Positions 1 through 10,700 of a stretch of DNA of 64,000 nt are shown here, one piece after another. The DNA lies in the NCBI GenBank assembly GCA_964465205.1, contig CAYXJO010000008.1, forward strand, positions 2,164 to 66,163, written 5' to 3'. The DNA is from an uncultured Gammaproteobacteria bacterium. GTDB lineage: Bacteria > Patescibacteriota > Patescibacteriia > Magasanikbacterales > GWA2-37-8. The notes below the pieces were generated by a model. It had not been told where the DNA came from and did not search any database. It was given only the letters and a program-made list of their open reading frames with translations. Made by a program: the position numbers and the translations under genes. Every line of letters begins with the position of its first letter. Positions within the stretch are counted from its first letter, which is position 1.

Positions 1-2
1 TT

Positions 3-2201
3 CTTTGATAATATGGTTAGGTCCATATTTTCTAATGTCATTAGCACACGTTCTCCGGTGCCCGCAGGCAATTGGGTAAAGTCATCAATGGCAGAAATTA
101 AGTTTTCTTTTTTGCATGCCAAATCAATCATAATTGGAAAAAGTCCGCTAATGTATTTGCGATGTTCGTCATTATCTTCGGTCTCTAATCCGCGTCGGTC
201 TCCACCCAAATCTCGCCAACGGAATCGGTGAGTTTCACTTATGACACCACCGTTATAATATCTTCTGGCGAATTGCCAAACTATATGAGGGTATTTATCT
301 TTCAGTATGTCCAGTATATCAAGACGCTGCTTAGATGTTGCATTGGTTTGAGGCATCCCAGGAAGAAATATATCTCCAAGACTGTTTATTGGCCTATTGG
401 CATATTGCCCACCTGGATCCAAAGAAGATAATTCGCACAAGATGTTTACGGCACGAGTAAAATATTCCGGGCTCCACGCTAGCGATTCCAACGCCCACAA
501 TAAACCACTGTGATTACAATCATTTGCATCGCCCATAAGAGATTGGAAAGCCTGGGGATTATTCTTGATCGTCTGTTCGACAGAGCCCATAAATTGATCC
601 AGTGATGCTTCGGCTAATATTGGCATAATATCTTTAATCGAAGCCCAATCTTCCCACTTACTTTGATGGTCGAGTATCTCTTTTACAACATCATCGACAA
701 ACGATTGAGTAGAAATATCACCCAACGCAAGAAGAACTAATGATTCGGCCATGCCTATGCGGAGCCATTCCGAATGAGGTCTTGTCTTGTTATATAGCGC
801 TGCCATCCACTGTTCGTTTTCTGGCAAATCATACTTTGGGTCATCTTTGGTAAACACTGATGTCGCGGCACTACGGAATAATTTTAGAAAGTCACCTGTA
901 ATACTAGAGGACAGCAAGAACCATGCATCTAAAGGTGACTTTAATTTCCATACATCCCCAACTTTTAGAATAGGCGAATCGTCCATAGCCAAGAGTGGAG
1001 TTAAATTCTTAATGAAGTCGCCATAATTTATGCCAGCCAATACTTCAACGACCTTTCGATCTTCTTCTTTCTTGTCATCCCACGCGCCAACAAATAATAC
1101 GGGCAGTAAAGATTTAGCCGTTTCACCCTCGGCCCACGCCGGCTTATCTGCGCCAACAATTGATTGATGGCGGCGAAATATAACCATACTTTTACCAAAA
1201 TCTCTTGCTATGCGTTGCGCGTCAATGCCGGATAAGTTGATTTTAGATAGCGCTTGTTCAATAGCCGTTCGCTGCGGGCGAGACAATTCAGTAAATCTAC
1301 CGCGCGCCCTAATGGATTTTGCTTCAGCCCCCAAGAAGACATGATGACCTTTCTGTACAGCATAACTAGCCGCTTCCCTACAGCTAGCCGGTGCAACAAT
1401 AATGAGAGGGCTTTTGTATTCCGAAACGGAACGAAACTGTTCAATATTTTCCACTTTGATACAGCGAGACAGAGACCGTATGCGTTGATTCTCTGGCGAT
1501 CGCGCAATTACACTATGGAGAAAAGCAAGTGGCTCATCCGCTGAATCGCCCCTTACTTCAATGACGCTCGGTTTCTCCTCTATCCAACTTCGGATGTATT
1601 CTTCATCTTTTAAACGACCGGCTATAATGAGCTCCGGTGTCACTGTCGGATTAGTGACAACCGACCACTCCTCCCAGAAACGACCTATATCCCGTACACC
1701 ACTTGGCAATATTCCTATCTGCCCGGCCAACCACGAGGCGACAGCTGGACATTCATTAATCCACTGCAATAATTCAGCGCCAGCTATGACTCTTACATCT
1801 TTCCATATGCTGGTTGATTTATTTTGGTTTTGCCATTCTTGAAATTTAGCAAATGGCCGCGGAGTGACAAACACAAAAGTGGTCTCACTACGCGTTAATC
1901 CCATTGGGTCGGCCGTTCTCTTGGCATAATCTTTGTTTGCTTTGACTTGGCAGGATTCTTCCATGCCTATTTCCCAGCCGGAGATACCAATAGGGAAGAA
2001 TGGAGAAGCAGCAGAGGTATCCAAAGTGCCATCCCAACCACCTTGGGCCACACCGTCGCCGCTTGGAAAGATAATCCGTTTAATATCACCCACATCGGCT
2101 GTCGCCCATATAAGGCGACAAATTAACTCCGGCAATATCCGCGAGCATTGTGTTGAATGGCTAAGCCAATATTTAATGTCTCCGTCGTTTATCCACTTCA
2201 T
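3..2201 (-). CDS. Large protein (>=733 aa, runs off the left edge) with a putative N-terminal PD-(D/E)XK (Mrr/Cap4-like) nuclease domain; candidate anti-phage protein
   Basis: Hand translation from ATG at 2201 (MKWINDGDIKYW...LPELICRLIWAT...FPSGDGVAQGGWDG...GWEIG...KANKDYAKRT...TFVFVTPR) stays open to the window edge. It is absent from the ORF track because its stop lies outside the window. Confidence 0.75.
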   Translation of the reverse strand, partial: MKWINDGDIKYWLSHSTQCSRILPELICRLIWATADVGDIKRIIFPSGDGVAQGGWDGTLDTSAASPFFPIGISGWEIGMEESCQVKANKDYAKRTADPMGLTRSETTFVFVTPRPFAKFQEWQNQNKSTSIWKDVRVIAGAELLQWINECPAVASWLAGQIGILPSGVRDIGRFWEEWSVVTNPTVTPELIIAGRLKDEEYIRSWIEEKPSVIEVRGDSADEPLAFLHSVIARSPENQRIRSLSRCIKVENIEQFRSVSEYKSPLIIVAPASCREAASYAVQKGHHVFLGAEAKSIRARGRFTELSRPQRTAIEQALSKINLSGIDAQRIARDFGKSMVIFRRHQSIVGADKPAWAEGETAKSLLPVLFVGAWDDKKEEDRKVVEVLAGINYGDFIKNLTPLLAMDDSPILKVGDVWKLKSPLDAWFLLSSSITGDFLKLFRSAATSVFTKDDPKYDLPENEQWMAALYNKTRPHSEWLRIGMAESLVLLALGDISTQSFVDDVVKEILDHQSKWEDWASIKDIMPILAEASLDQFMGSVEQTIKNNPQAFQSLMGDANDCNHSGLLWALESLAWSPEYFTRAVNILCELSSLDPGGQYANRPINSLGDIFLPGMPQTNATSKQRLDILDILKDKYPHIVWQFARRYYNGGVISETHRFRWRDLGGDRRGLETEDNDEHRKYISGLFPIMIDLACKKENLISAIDDFTQLPAGTGERVLMTLENMDLTILSK

Positions 2202-2332
2202 ATTAAAGAGGATTAATTTGAATAATATCACTACTATACCACTTAAAGGAATCGGCATCAATCTTGATGTGATTGTGCGGCACATACCAAATATGGTATT
2301 ATAATTATAGCTATAATAATTACTTTTAATTT

Positions 2333-2596
2333 ATGTCCACCTATTTCCAAATGCCTAGTGTATGGGAAACGGCCAAAGGTATCTGGCCAGTGTTTTGGGG
2401 TGTAAGCAAAATGCTTTGGCCATTATGGTTATTCATCGCCATTATGATTCCAGTTAAGATCTTGGCGAAACGGGCGATAAGATGGGCGAATAATAAACGA
2501 CTGATGAAAGTCAAGCAGAAATGCCCAGACTGCGCCCAACTGGTGCCGCGCGAAGCCAAGAAGTGCAGCTATTGTGGAAAAATGTTTGGCATGTGA
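2333..2596 (+). CDS. Small membrane protein with C-terminal zinc ribbon
   Basis: Hydrophobic segment followed by CPDC...CSYC. Confidence 0.6.
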   Translation: MSTYFQMPSVWETAKGIWPVFWGVSKMLWPLWLFIAIMIPVKILAKRAIRWANNKRLMKVKQKCPDCAQLVPREAKKCSYCGKMFGM

Positions 2597-2612
2597 AATC
2601 AATTGCATATCT

Positions 2613-3560
2613 ATGAATGTTATAACGTTTATAAAATTTCCCGGTATTAACACTTCAGATTTAGATATTGATTCTTTAATTCAAGAACTGAATCAGCTGT
2701 GTGTTGAAACTAGCAAAATTAATTTGAATAATTACGAGAAAGAGTGCGAACAATTATATCTTAAATATAAAACGAGCAATCCTGAGGTATCCAAAATACC
2801 GGGCATGGTCAGCAACCGATTTAAAGCAGACATACCAAAAATAAAACGTGCCATTTCCAGGGGGCAGATAACTAGCTTGTTCGTCAAGAAATTTAACAAG
2901 ATGAAGACGGACGCGGATGTTTTGTTAAAAGAGTATGACAATTTGCTAAAGAACGGAAAAGTTACTTATAATGCTTATACCAACACAAACTGCGACAAGG
3001 AACTAGAAACCGCAATCAAACAAGCCGTTGATCTGTTAAAGAAATACTACAAGGAATTAGAGAGATTAGAGCCAGCAGTCATAAGTAACGAGGATGAATG
3101 CATCGGCGATGGCCTTGGTGCGCATATACAACATGTTGTCACTGATGACCGACCACTAATAAAATTGACGCCAGATACTATCAACGATCATTTTGATGGC
3201 GAATATATCTTCCCGCCAACCGACCACTTCGCGCTAAAGAAGACTGGCGACGGGAAATTCTGCGGTCAAGAATTTAACTTAAATAAGCACGGAGAGTCTT
3301 TCAAGATATTATGCTTCTTAATAGCCAACAGGGGGCGCTGGGTAAGGGATGAGGATTTATACAAAATGCTCGGCCAAAGAAACAAGAAGCGTTTGATGAT
3401 ACAGAAGGTTGTAAAGCTAAAGAAAGACATTTTGAGCCAGACAACGAAACTCTCCAATAAATCAGACAGGAAGGCAAAGGACACATACCTAAAATGCAAA
3501 AGCAAATGGATAATTAATAGGAGTACGAAGTTGGGAAGAATGTTTGAAATTGAAGAATAA
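2613..3560 (+). CDS. Hypothetical protein with C-terminal OmpR/PhoB-like winged helix (putative element regulator)
   Basis: C-terminus FKILCFLIANRGRWVRDEDLYKMLG...VVKLKKDI...GRMFEIE resembles a Trans_reg_C wHTH. Start moved to the in-frame ATG at 2613. Confidence 0.5.
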   Translation: MNVITFIKFPGINTSDLDIDSLIQELNQLCVETSKINLNNYEKECEQLYLKYKTSNPEVSKIPGMVSNRFKADIPKIKRAISRGQITSLFVKKFNKMKTDADVLLKEYDNLLKNGKVTYNAYTNTNCDKELETAIKQAVDLLKKYYKELERLEPAVISNEDECIGDGLGAHIQHVVTDDRPLIKLTPDTINDHFDGEYIFPPTDHFALKKTGDGKFCGQEFNLNKHGESFKILCFLIANRGRWVRDEDLYKMLGQRNKKRLMIQKVVKLKKDILSQTTKLSNKSDRKAKDTYLKCKSKWIINRSTKLGRMFEIEE

Positions 3561-3578
3561 ATTTAGAACAAACAACTG

Positions 3579-3606
3579 GCCCCGCTATTGGCGGGGTTTT
3601 TGTTTT
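3579..3606 (+). terminator. Rho-independent terminator
   Basis: CCCCGC-tattg-GCGGGG followed by a T-tract, just after the 3560 stop. Confidence 0.7.
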
Positions 3607-3608
3607 AC

Positions 3609-3659
3609 TGTTTTCAGATGTTTTCAGATGTTTTCAGATGTTTTTCGTTTTTCTATAAT
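3609..3659 (+). promoter_or_regulatory. Three tandem 10-bp repeats (TGTTTTCAGA) over the -35 position of a TATAAT promoter
   Basis: Exact repeats at 3609, 3619 and 3629 with degenerate flanking copies; TATAAT at 3654-3659. Confidence 0.6.
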
Positions 3660-3866
3660 TTCGTCGGCTTTGATATTCTACTATCACCAGCGAAGACATC
3701 CTATCGTTGTCTAACGCTGACAGAACGGCCGGCGCCAATTTTGAGCGTTGGTGGAAAAACAGTCTTGCCAACTGGGGAGCTCAAACCCGGTGAGCGATTC
3801 TGCCGGCCGACAAGACTGAGGAGAAATTTATTTATGTGCTCATAAATAATGTAAAAACAAGCATGC

Positions 3867-5621
3867 ATGAGCACTTTAACAATTCATATGAATAACAGCC
3901 AGAATGCTTCCGTGGCCGGAGCAAAACCAAATAAGCCACAAAATGCCAAGCTTTATACAGCACTGGTTACCGCACCAAACGGTACTGCTAATACTACGCA
4001 ATACATCTTGGAAGTCATAGGTAGCACCGCTAAAGAATTATTTTTGGACCAATTCGGGAATCTTTACATAGTTGTCCAAGTCAAAGAAACCGACAAACAC
4101 ATAAAGGTCAATTCGGAAGAGTTCATAAAATGGGTCTCCATGACGATGAACATCTTAGGTAAAATAGTCCCAAACCAGTCATCAATCAGACAGGCTGGAC
4201 ATACGCTATCTGGATACGCCGAGTATGACAAAAGCCTCGCGTCTCGCAAATACCTGTCTGTCCGCGTGGCCAAAACAGAAGACGGGGCCATCTATTACGA
4301 TCTAAAAGATAAAGTGGTAAAGATCATCGCGACGGGCTGGAATGTAACTACAAACCCTCCAATATTATTCAGAAATTTCAACATGCAATCCACCCAGGTC
4401 GATCCAGCACCAGTAGGTGTGAATGATCAAAGGTACATCTCTAACTTCGTCGATTCTTTAAATCTCAAAGATGACGCCAGTAAATTGTTAATGAAGGTAT
4501 ACTTAGCCACAAGTTTTATCCCAGATTTTGCTCATCCTATAATTCAAATATCGGGACCGAAGGGCTCGGCCAAGAGCACGCTATTTGCAAGATTAAAGGA
4601 TATCATTGATCCGTCTGTGATTAGAACACTGCCACCCATTACCAAGATGGAGCAATTCATCCAAATCGTATCGCACAACTGGGCCGCATATTTCGACAAC
4701 ATGTCGTCATTAGATGTCGAATCATCCGATATGTTTTGTCGGGCGTGCTCGGGCGCTGGCTATGTGAAGCGCGAATTGTACTCGGACGATAACGACATTG
4801 GCTATGTCTTTAAGCATCTCATTGGCATTAACGGTGTTGTTAATATAGCCAGCCGCGCCGATCTAGTTGATCGAATATTGTCCATTGAACTAGACGCGAT
4901 ATCGCCAGACAAAAGATTAACAGACGCGGCGATTTGGCAGAAACACAACGCCGAAAAACCAATGCTACTAGGCGAATGTTTCACGGTGGTATCACAAGCA
5001 CTGGCCTTAGAGCCGACACTGAAAGAACAAATACCGACTTCAACCAGAATGGCAGACTTTGCGTACTGGGGTTACTTGGTTGCCGAGGCCATGGGGATTG
5101 GTGGTATGAACTTTTTCAACACATACCGATCACTAGTTAATACCCAAGATGCCGATGTCATTGACAACAACCTACTAGCATCCGTCTTTGAACATTATGT
5201 TACCAACTATCCGATAATCATCAATGAAATTACCGCCAGTGATTTGTTGGTGGCGTTAAATAAAGAAGCGGAAAACTTGTGCCCTGATTATAAACACAAT
5301 CGAAGATGGCCAGATTCACCACAGTGGCTATGGAGACGATTGTCTGAATACCTGACAAACTTCCAACAAAAAGGTATTGTTGTACGCCAAGAACGACAGA
5401 GTAAGTCTCGCAAAATTATTATCGACAAGACCATCTACGACAATAACTTGACTATAGCTAACCAAATTGAGTTGATAAATGCTAATAACCCGATACCGTT
5501 GGAGTACGACGAGCCATTCAATGAAGCAGAAATGGAATTTGAGCAGGGATTTAAAGATCTCGTCGATCCCCTTTTAGTTGGGCACGACGACATGACGACA
5601 TTTCTTGCTTTTAATAAGTAA
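3867..5621 (+). CDS. P-loop ATPase, putative replicative helicase/primase-associated protein of an integrative element
   Basis: Walker A GPKGSAKST, Walker B AAYFDN, downstream LVDR arginine finger; lies upstream of the recombinase. Confidence 0.7.
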   Translation: MSTLTIHMNNSQNASVAGAKPNKPQNAKLYTALVTAPNGTANTTQYILEVIGSTAKELFLDQFGNLYIVVQVKETDKHIKVNSEEFIKWVSMTMNILGKIVPNQSSIRQAGHTLSGYAEYDKSLASRKYLSVRVAKTEDGAIYYDLKDKVVKIIATGWNVTTNPPILFRNFNMQSTQVDPAPVGVNDQRYISNFVDSLNLKDDASKLLMKVYLATSFIPDFAHPIIQISGPKGSAKSTLFARLKDIIDPSVIRTLPPITKMEQFIQIVSHNWAAYFDNMSSLDVESSDMFCRACSGAGYVKRELYSDDNDIGYVFKHLIGINGVVNIASRADLVDRILSIELDAISPDKRLTDAAIWQKHNAEKPMLLGECFTVVSQALALEPTLKEQIPTSTRMADFAYWGYLVAEAMGIGGMNFFNTYRSLVNTQDADVIDNNLLASVFEHYVTNYPIIINEITASDLLVALNKEAENLCPDYKHNRRWPDSPQWLWRRLSEYLTNFQQKGIVVRQERQSKSRKIIIDKTIYDNNLTIANQIELINANNPIPLEYDEPFNEAEMEFEQGFKDLVDPLLVGHDDMTTFLAFNK

Positions 5622-5623
5622 TT

Positions 5624-5893
5624 ATGCCACCACTGATATATTACATTCCTTTCGATCAATACAAGGCCGCTGTTCTCAAGAATGAAAAGCTCAAACACTT
5701 GGACGACGACCAAATCAAAGACCTTTACGAGACCCAACACAAAGTCGCGGAGATGGCCTTTGCCGAATGGCTACGATTAAAACAACTGGCGAAAGAATGC
5801 CGCGAGCGAAACGGCGATTCTTCTAAGGAAAGTGAAGCGACCACCAACCAGACCAACGAACCTGCTAACAGCGGGCCTTCGGCCACCAGTTGA
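5624..5893 (+). CDS. Small hypothetical protein
   Basis: 89-aa ORF starting 3 nt after the ATPase stop. Confidence 0.55.
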   Translation: MPPLIYYIPFDQYKAAVLKNEKLKHLDDDQIKDLYETQHKVAEMAFAEWLRLKQLAKECRERNGDSSKESEATTNQTNEPANSGPSATS

Positions 5894-6045
5894 TTATTGA
5901 TTCCTTACATGGTAAAATACCGGCGATACCAATCCAACTACTAATAGCGGAACACGTAAATAATTGCGTCCAAAGATGGAAGCGTTGTTCTGCGTCAATC
6001 CGCTATTAGTGGGTTGGTATCACGCACGGACACGCTTCCTTTTTT
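5890..6045 (+). promoter_or_regulatory. Sigma70-type promoter and structured leader/attenuator upstream of the recombinase
   Basis: TTGATT-17-TAAAAT (5890-5918); stems 5925-5951/5999-6021 and 5978-5995/6022-6039, then a T-tract. Confidence 0.5.
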
Positions 6046-6088
6046 GGTTCATATCACCTTAAAGGAATAAATAATTTATCTTAATTAT

Positions 6089-7678
6089 ATGACAAAACAA
6101 ATCAAAACTATCATTAACAACTCCGATCGTGGAGTAATTTATTATCGCGTTTCAACCTCGGAGCAAGCCGAACACGGCTTTAGTTTGGAAAGACAACGCG
6201 AACTGTGCCTCAATCACGCCAAGGCAAAAGGCATAGAAGTCATCTCGGAATTTCATGACGACGGCGAATCGGCAAAGACCGCTAACCGCAAAGGATTGCA
6301 AGACATGCTCAAATACTGCGCAGACAGGAAGAATAATATCGGCCATGTAATCTTCTACAAGATTGACCGACTGACAAGAAATGTCGATGATCATGTGTTT
6401 GTGAAGACCGTGTTAAAGAAGGCCGGTGTGAAGTTAACTTCAGTCACCGAAAGCATGGATAACGAAACTCCAGCCGGAAAATTTACCGAGAATATGTTAG
6501 CGGCGGTGGCACAATTTGATAATGATGTCCGCTCGGAACGTACGCGCGGTGGCATGTATGGATGTTTGAAAACCGGACGCTGGCCATTCCGCGCCCCCAT
6601 CGGATACCTCAACCACATTGATAGTGATAAGAAGAAATCTATCGCGCTTGATCCCAAAAGAGCTAACCTGGTAAAAACCATATTTACTGAATACGCCAAC
6701 CCCATAGTTACCCAGGAAGAGGTACGTCGTAAGGTTAACAATCTTGGGCTACGAGATGCTCATGGTCGGCAAATCCGTCCACAGTTTATCAACAAGATAT
6801 TACAAGACCGTTTCTATATTGGCACCATGACAGTAAAAGGAGTGGATTACCCAGGCACGCACGATAAATTAGTCGACGAAGAGACCTTTGAATTGTGTCA
6901 AAGAAAGTTGAGATATTATGACCGCGGCGATCATATCGCCATTGGTCGATATGACGAAGACTTCCCATTAAGACACTTCGTGGTGTGCGAAGATTGCAGA
7001 CGGCCACTAACCGCCGCGTATTCTACCGGGCGTTGGGGCAAGAAATTCCCTTACTACCGTTGCTATAACAAACAATGCCCGAGTCATAAATCATACCCCA
7101 AACAACTACTGGAAGAAGAATTCGCTAATTATCTAAAAGAGATTGTGCCCACTGAAGAGCAGATGGAAACTTACCGGATGCATGTATTGGATATATGGCA
7201 AACGAAATTCAAAGAAATCAACACTCATCGCGAAAGATTGGAGCGCGAACTGAAATCTGCTCGCGAGGAGAAGGAAGGCATTATCGAGATGAAAGCCAAG
7301 AAACAAATTAACGACGAGGAGTTCCAAGTAATGTTCACCAAAGCCAGAATCAAAGTAGACGATCTCCAAATAACGTTTGGCCAAACCGACCTGGAAGAAT
7401 ATGATTTAGATGAGGCAATTAAACACTCCATCGCCTTCGCCGCACAACTCGCGAGCTATTGGGAAAAGTCGCCGTACTTCCAACGCTTGTCTATTCAGGG
7501 TTTAATTTTCCGCCAAAAGCCTACTTATGGAGATTCGAAATTTGGAACCCCAAAATTACCGCTAATGTTTGAACAAAAACAGATTTCCGTACAGGGGAAA
7601 TCCGCTATCGTGGACCGTATCGGATTTGAACCGATGGCCTCTTCCATGCCATGGAAGCGCTCTAGCCAGCTGAGCTAA
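6089..7678 (+). CDS. Large serine recombinase (resolvase + recombinase + zinc ribbon + coiled coil)
   Basis: YYRVST catalytic Ser, YKIDRLTR, CEDC...YYRC...C zinc ribbon. Confidence 0.92.
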   Translation: MTKQIKTIINNSDRGVIYYRVSTSEQAEHGFSLERQRELCLNHAKAKGIEVISEFHDDGESAKTANRKGLQDMLKYCADRKNNIGHVIFYKIDRLTRNVDDHVFVKTVLKKAGVKLTSVTESMDNETPAGKFTENMLAAVAQFDNDVRSERTRGGMYGCLKTGRWPFRAPIGYLNHIDSDKKKSIALDPKRANLVKTIFTEYANPIVTQEEVRRKVNNLGLRDAHGRQIRPQFINKILQDRFYIGTMTVKGVDYPGTHDKLVDEETFELCQRKLRYYDRGDHIAIGRYDEDFPLRHFVVCEDCRRPLTAAYSTGRWGKKFPYYRCYNKQCPSHKSYPKQLLEEEFANYLKEIVPTEEQMETYRMHVLDIWQTKFKEINTHRERLERELKSAREEKEGIIEMKAKKQINDEEFQVMFTKARIKVDDLQITFGQTDLEEYDLDEAIKHSIAFAAQLASYWEKSPYFQRLSIQGLIFRQKPTYGDSKFGTPKLPLMFEQKQISVQGKSAIVDRIGFEPMASSMPWKRSSQLS

Positions 7679-7684
7679 CGGCCC
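7611..7684 (-). tRNA. tRNA-Ala(GGC)
   Basis: GGGCCGT/ACGGTCC-A acceptor with G3:U70, anticodon arm CTTCC-ATGGCAT-GGAAG, T-loop TTCAAAT. Confidence 0.95.
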
Positions 7685-7723
7685 ATTTACGTGTTGCCCA
7701 TTATATCATATTCAAAAAATAAA

Positions 7724-10700
7724 TCAAGGCTGGGCCGCAGAACTGTTAACTACTGCTTCTTGGCTGGGTAACTCTACCGCAGCAGGGGGCTCAATCGATG
7801 TTTCTTCGGCTGTCGGCACATCTGGCTCTGCAGTTGGCATAATTGGCTCCGCTGTGATTTCTGGTACGGTCGATGTTGGCACTGAATCCTGATCAAATGC
7901 TGGCGTAGAAGTGCCCGCATTGCCCACAACTGTCTCTTCGATAGCCGCATCATCAATCGGCTCAGCAGTACCAGCATCTCGCACTTGACCGTCTCCACGC
8001 CTAGCCACCACTACCCAATCAAATGTAGCGTCGCTTTGACCCCCCATCAATTCTTTTACTACAAAACCAAAAGCATCCTTCGCCTTCACAAATATACCCT
8101 TCGCTTCTTCTGATGTCAGTGTTACACTCACTTTCAATGATTGACCGCTGTCTATCATATCGCGAGTACTGGTATCAAACTTGATATATGTTTCTCCAGC
8201 CTGCAATCTACCGGAACCCGAAAACACTAGTTCCGAAGATAATGCTTGCATCGCATACACGTCCTTGTTGCCTTCCGAAGTCTGCACCACCGATACCAAC
8301 AAACCATCTTCGGTAATGCGCCACTTGTCACTACGAGCGTGCACCGCGGTCACGTTGGCCAAAATTGCGCCATTCAAATTTAACTCATTGTTCTTTACCA
8401 TCAAATAATCTGATCTCTGATCAATGGTCAATTCGGTCGAAGTGGACACAACACTATCTTTCGCCATAAAATTTGCCAAAGTAGTGCTAACATTATCAAT
8501 TGCACTCCAAATGGCACTATTGTTGCTTAATTCTTCTACCTGAAAAAAAGCCAACGACGTCGATACTATGCCCAAAGAGTCAGAGAACTCTCCAAATCCG
8601 GCCATTAATTTTTCGGTACTACTATTTAAAACGGCCAACTGATTACCGAATAACATCGTCATCTCATCTGATAACTTAACCCGAAAAGCATCGCCAAATA
8701 ATTGTAACTTAGAATCAATCAACGCCGACAGTTGTGACACAGAACTAAAATCATACTTACCAACAGCACTGGAAACTAAAATTTGCACCTCATCTTCAAT
8801 CTTCATATCGGCGATATGGCGAGTAATTTTTTCTTCCACCTGCTCCACAGTCATAGACTTATTGCGACGCGAGATCAAAACATTCACTGTACCAACACCG
8901 GAATCCAACCCTTCTAAAGCCACACCAACTGTCGAATCACCAGCATCAGCACGCATAAGATACCCTGGGGTACTACTGGCGCTAGTAAGACTATCTCCCG
9001 GACGAACAGGCCCGTTTTCTGCGCTCACTTTTGCCGCCACCTGGCCGAGCATGCCAATAATTTTATAATTCGGATCATTCTCGCGATCACCGCTCTTATT
9101 ACCAATAATTGACGGCTTGGTGGATACAACGCCCATAATATCCGGATCGGCACTGCGCGTACAGCGTTTGACGGCGTTATTTTTTGTCACATCCACGCAC
9201 ACTACTTCGCCCGATGTTAAGTCCTTGTCCTTGGTATAGAAATACTCCGCGTAGTCAGCGCCATTGGTGAGATAACTACCGGTAATATTTACACTACCAG
9301 AAACAGTAAGTGCGTAATTGGGCGTGGTCGTGCCGATACCGACATTACCGTTACCAGCAATAGTCAAATAACTACCAATATTATTACGCATCGGACCAAA
9401 GTGTAGTGAGGTGGTAGCACCAGACGTTACAGCACTACCAACTTGTATATACACATCACCATCTTCATCGGTAACCAACCTAAGATGAGATGGGGTGCCG
9501 CTGGTGTTGGCTAGCGATATACCTGCATTATTGCCCCATAAATGCAATAAATCCTGTGGCGTGCTAGTCCCAACACCTACATACCCATTACTACTCACGA
9601 ATAACGCTGGTTGAGTAGTAGAGGTATAAACTGATAACAGTGTACTAGTGGAAGCCCCTATTATAGACAATCTCGCATTTGGAGTAGATGTGCCAACACC
9701 CACTTTCCCATAATTTGTTCGGGCGATTAAAGCTACCACACCATCGTTACCACCGCCAACACCATTGCCGCCATCAATATATGTTATACCACCATTTCCC
9801 GAACCAACACCATTACCGCCAGCGATAATAATATCATAACCATTACCAACAGTAGTGCGAAAAGGGCCGATAACAACATTCTGGTCCAAAGAACCCAGAG
9901 TAACATCAAATTGATCGCCATAGGCGCCAAAAGCTGCTTTGGCCGCTGGAGATGCAGCGACATTATCTAAATAAGCGCCAAAGTTTGAAACAATTGAAGT
10001 ATTACTGTCTGAGGCGTTGGTTTTAACTCGACTGATGATGGTGGCGTTGCTTGTACCAGCAGTATAACCAGTGGAAGAAGAAAATACATACAACGGTGAG
10101 ATCGGTGTAGTAGTGCCAATACCCACATTGCCACCCATGATAGCCATGGTATTTGCTTGGGTCACAGAAAACCTAGAGCCAGTATCTAGACCAATACCAA
10201 CCGACCCGGAGCCCGAAACTGTCATGCCACTACCCATGGCCATAGTCGTGTTACCACTTGAAGCATTACCACTGCCAATAGCGACAGCGCCGTTGTAACC
10301 GTCTACTAAATTCAAACTACCAATTGCTACTCGGCCCTCCACCAAAGGTGCATCTGACCCATTGGTAACTGTTCGGTTGGCAAAACCTATAAGCACTGTG
10401 CCATGATGTACATAACTAGACGGCCCATCATCAATATGATTACTATTACCAATCAAAGCAACACCGCGATTAGTACCAGTGACCACAGCGTTCCAATCGG
10501 CTATGAATACTCCATTTCTAAAAGCCAAACTACTAGTTGCTGACAAAACACCTCCACTATTATATTGCACCTCTCCATCATTGCCGGCCACCGTTGTAGT
10601 AGCAGAACCAAAAGCGGACCACGTACCACCAGAATTTTTGAACTCTAACACACCACCATTATCACGCAAGCCATAGCCACCAGTACTGGTAATCGCGCCA

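Larger units (their letters stand above)
1..7684. mobile_element. Integrative element inserted at the tRNA-Ala(GGC) 3' end; left boundary outside the window
   Basis: Recombinase, ATPase, regulator and cargo abut the tRNA 3' end; no second att copy seen in the window. Confidence 0.75.

Noticed and set aside
13-2304. Short + strand ORFs and 1208..1507(-) in the track
   Set aside because: Shadows of the continuous minus-strand frame 2201 to 3
3609-3648. Possible CRISPR array
   Set aside because: 10-bp repeats with no spacers; no cas genes or repeat-spacer array seen in the window
3588-3845. 85-aa ORF
   Set aside because: Runs across a terminator, tandem repeats and a promoter, with no plausible start
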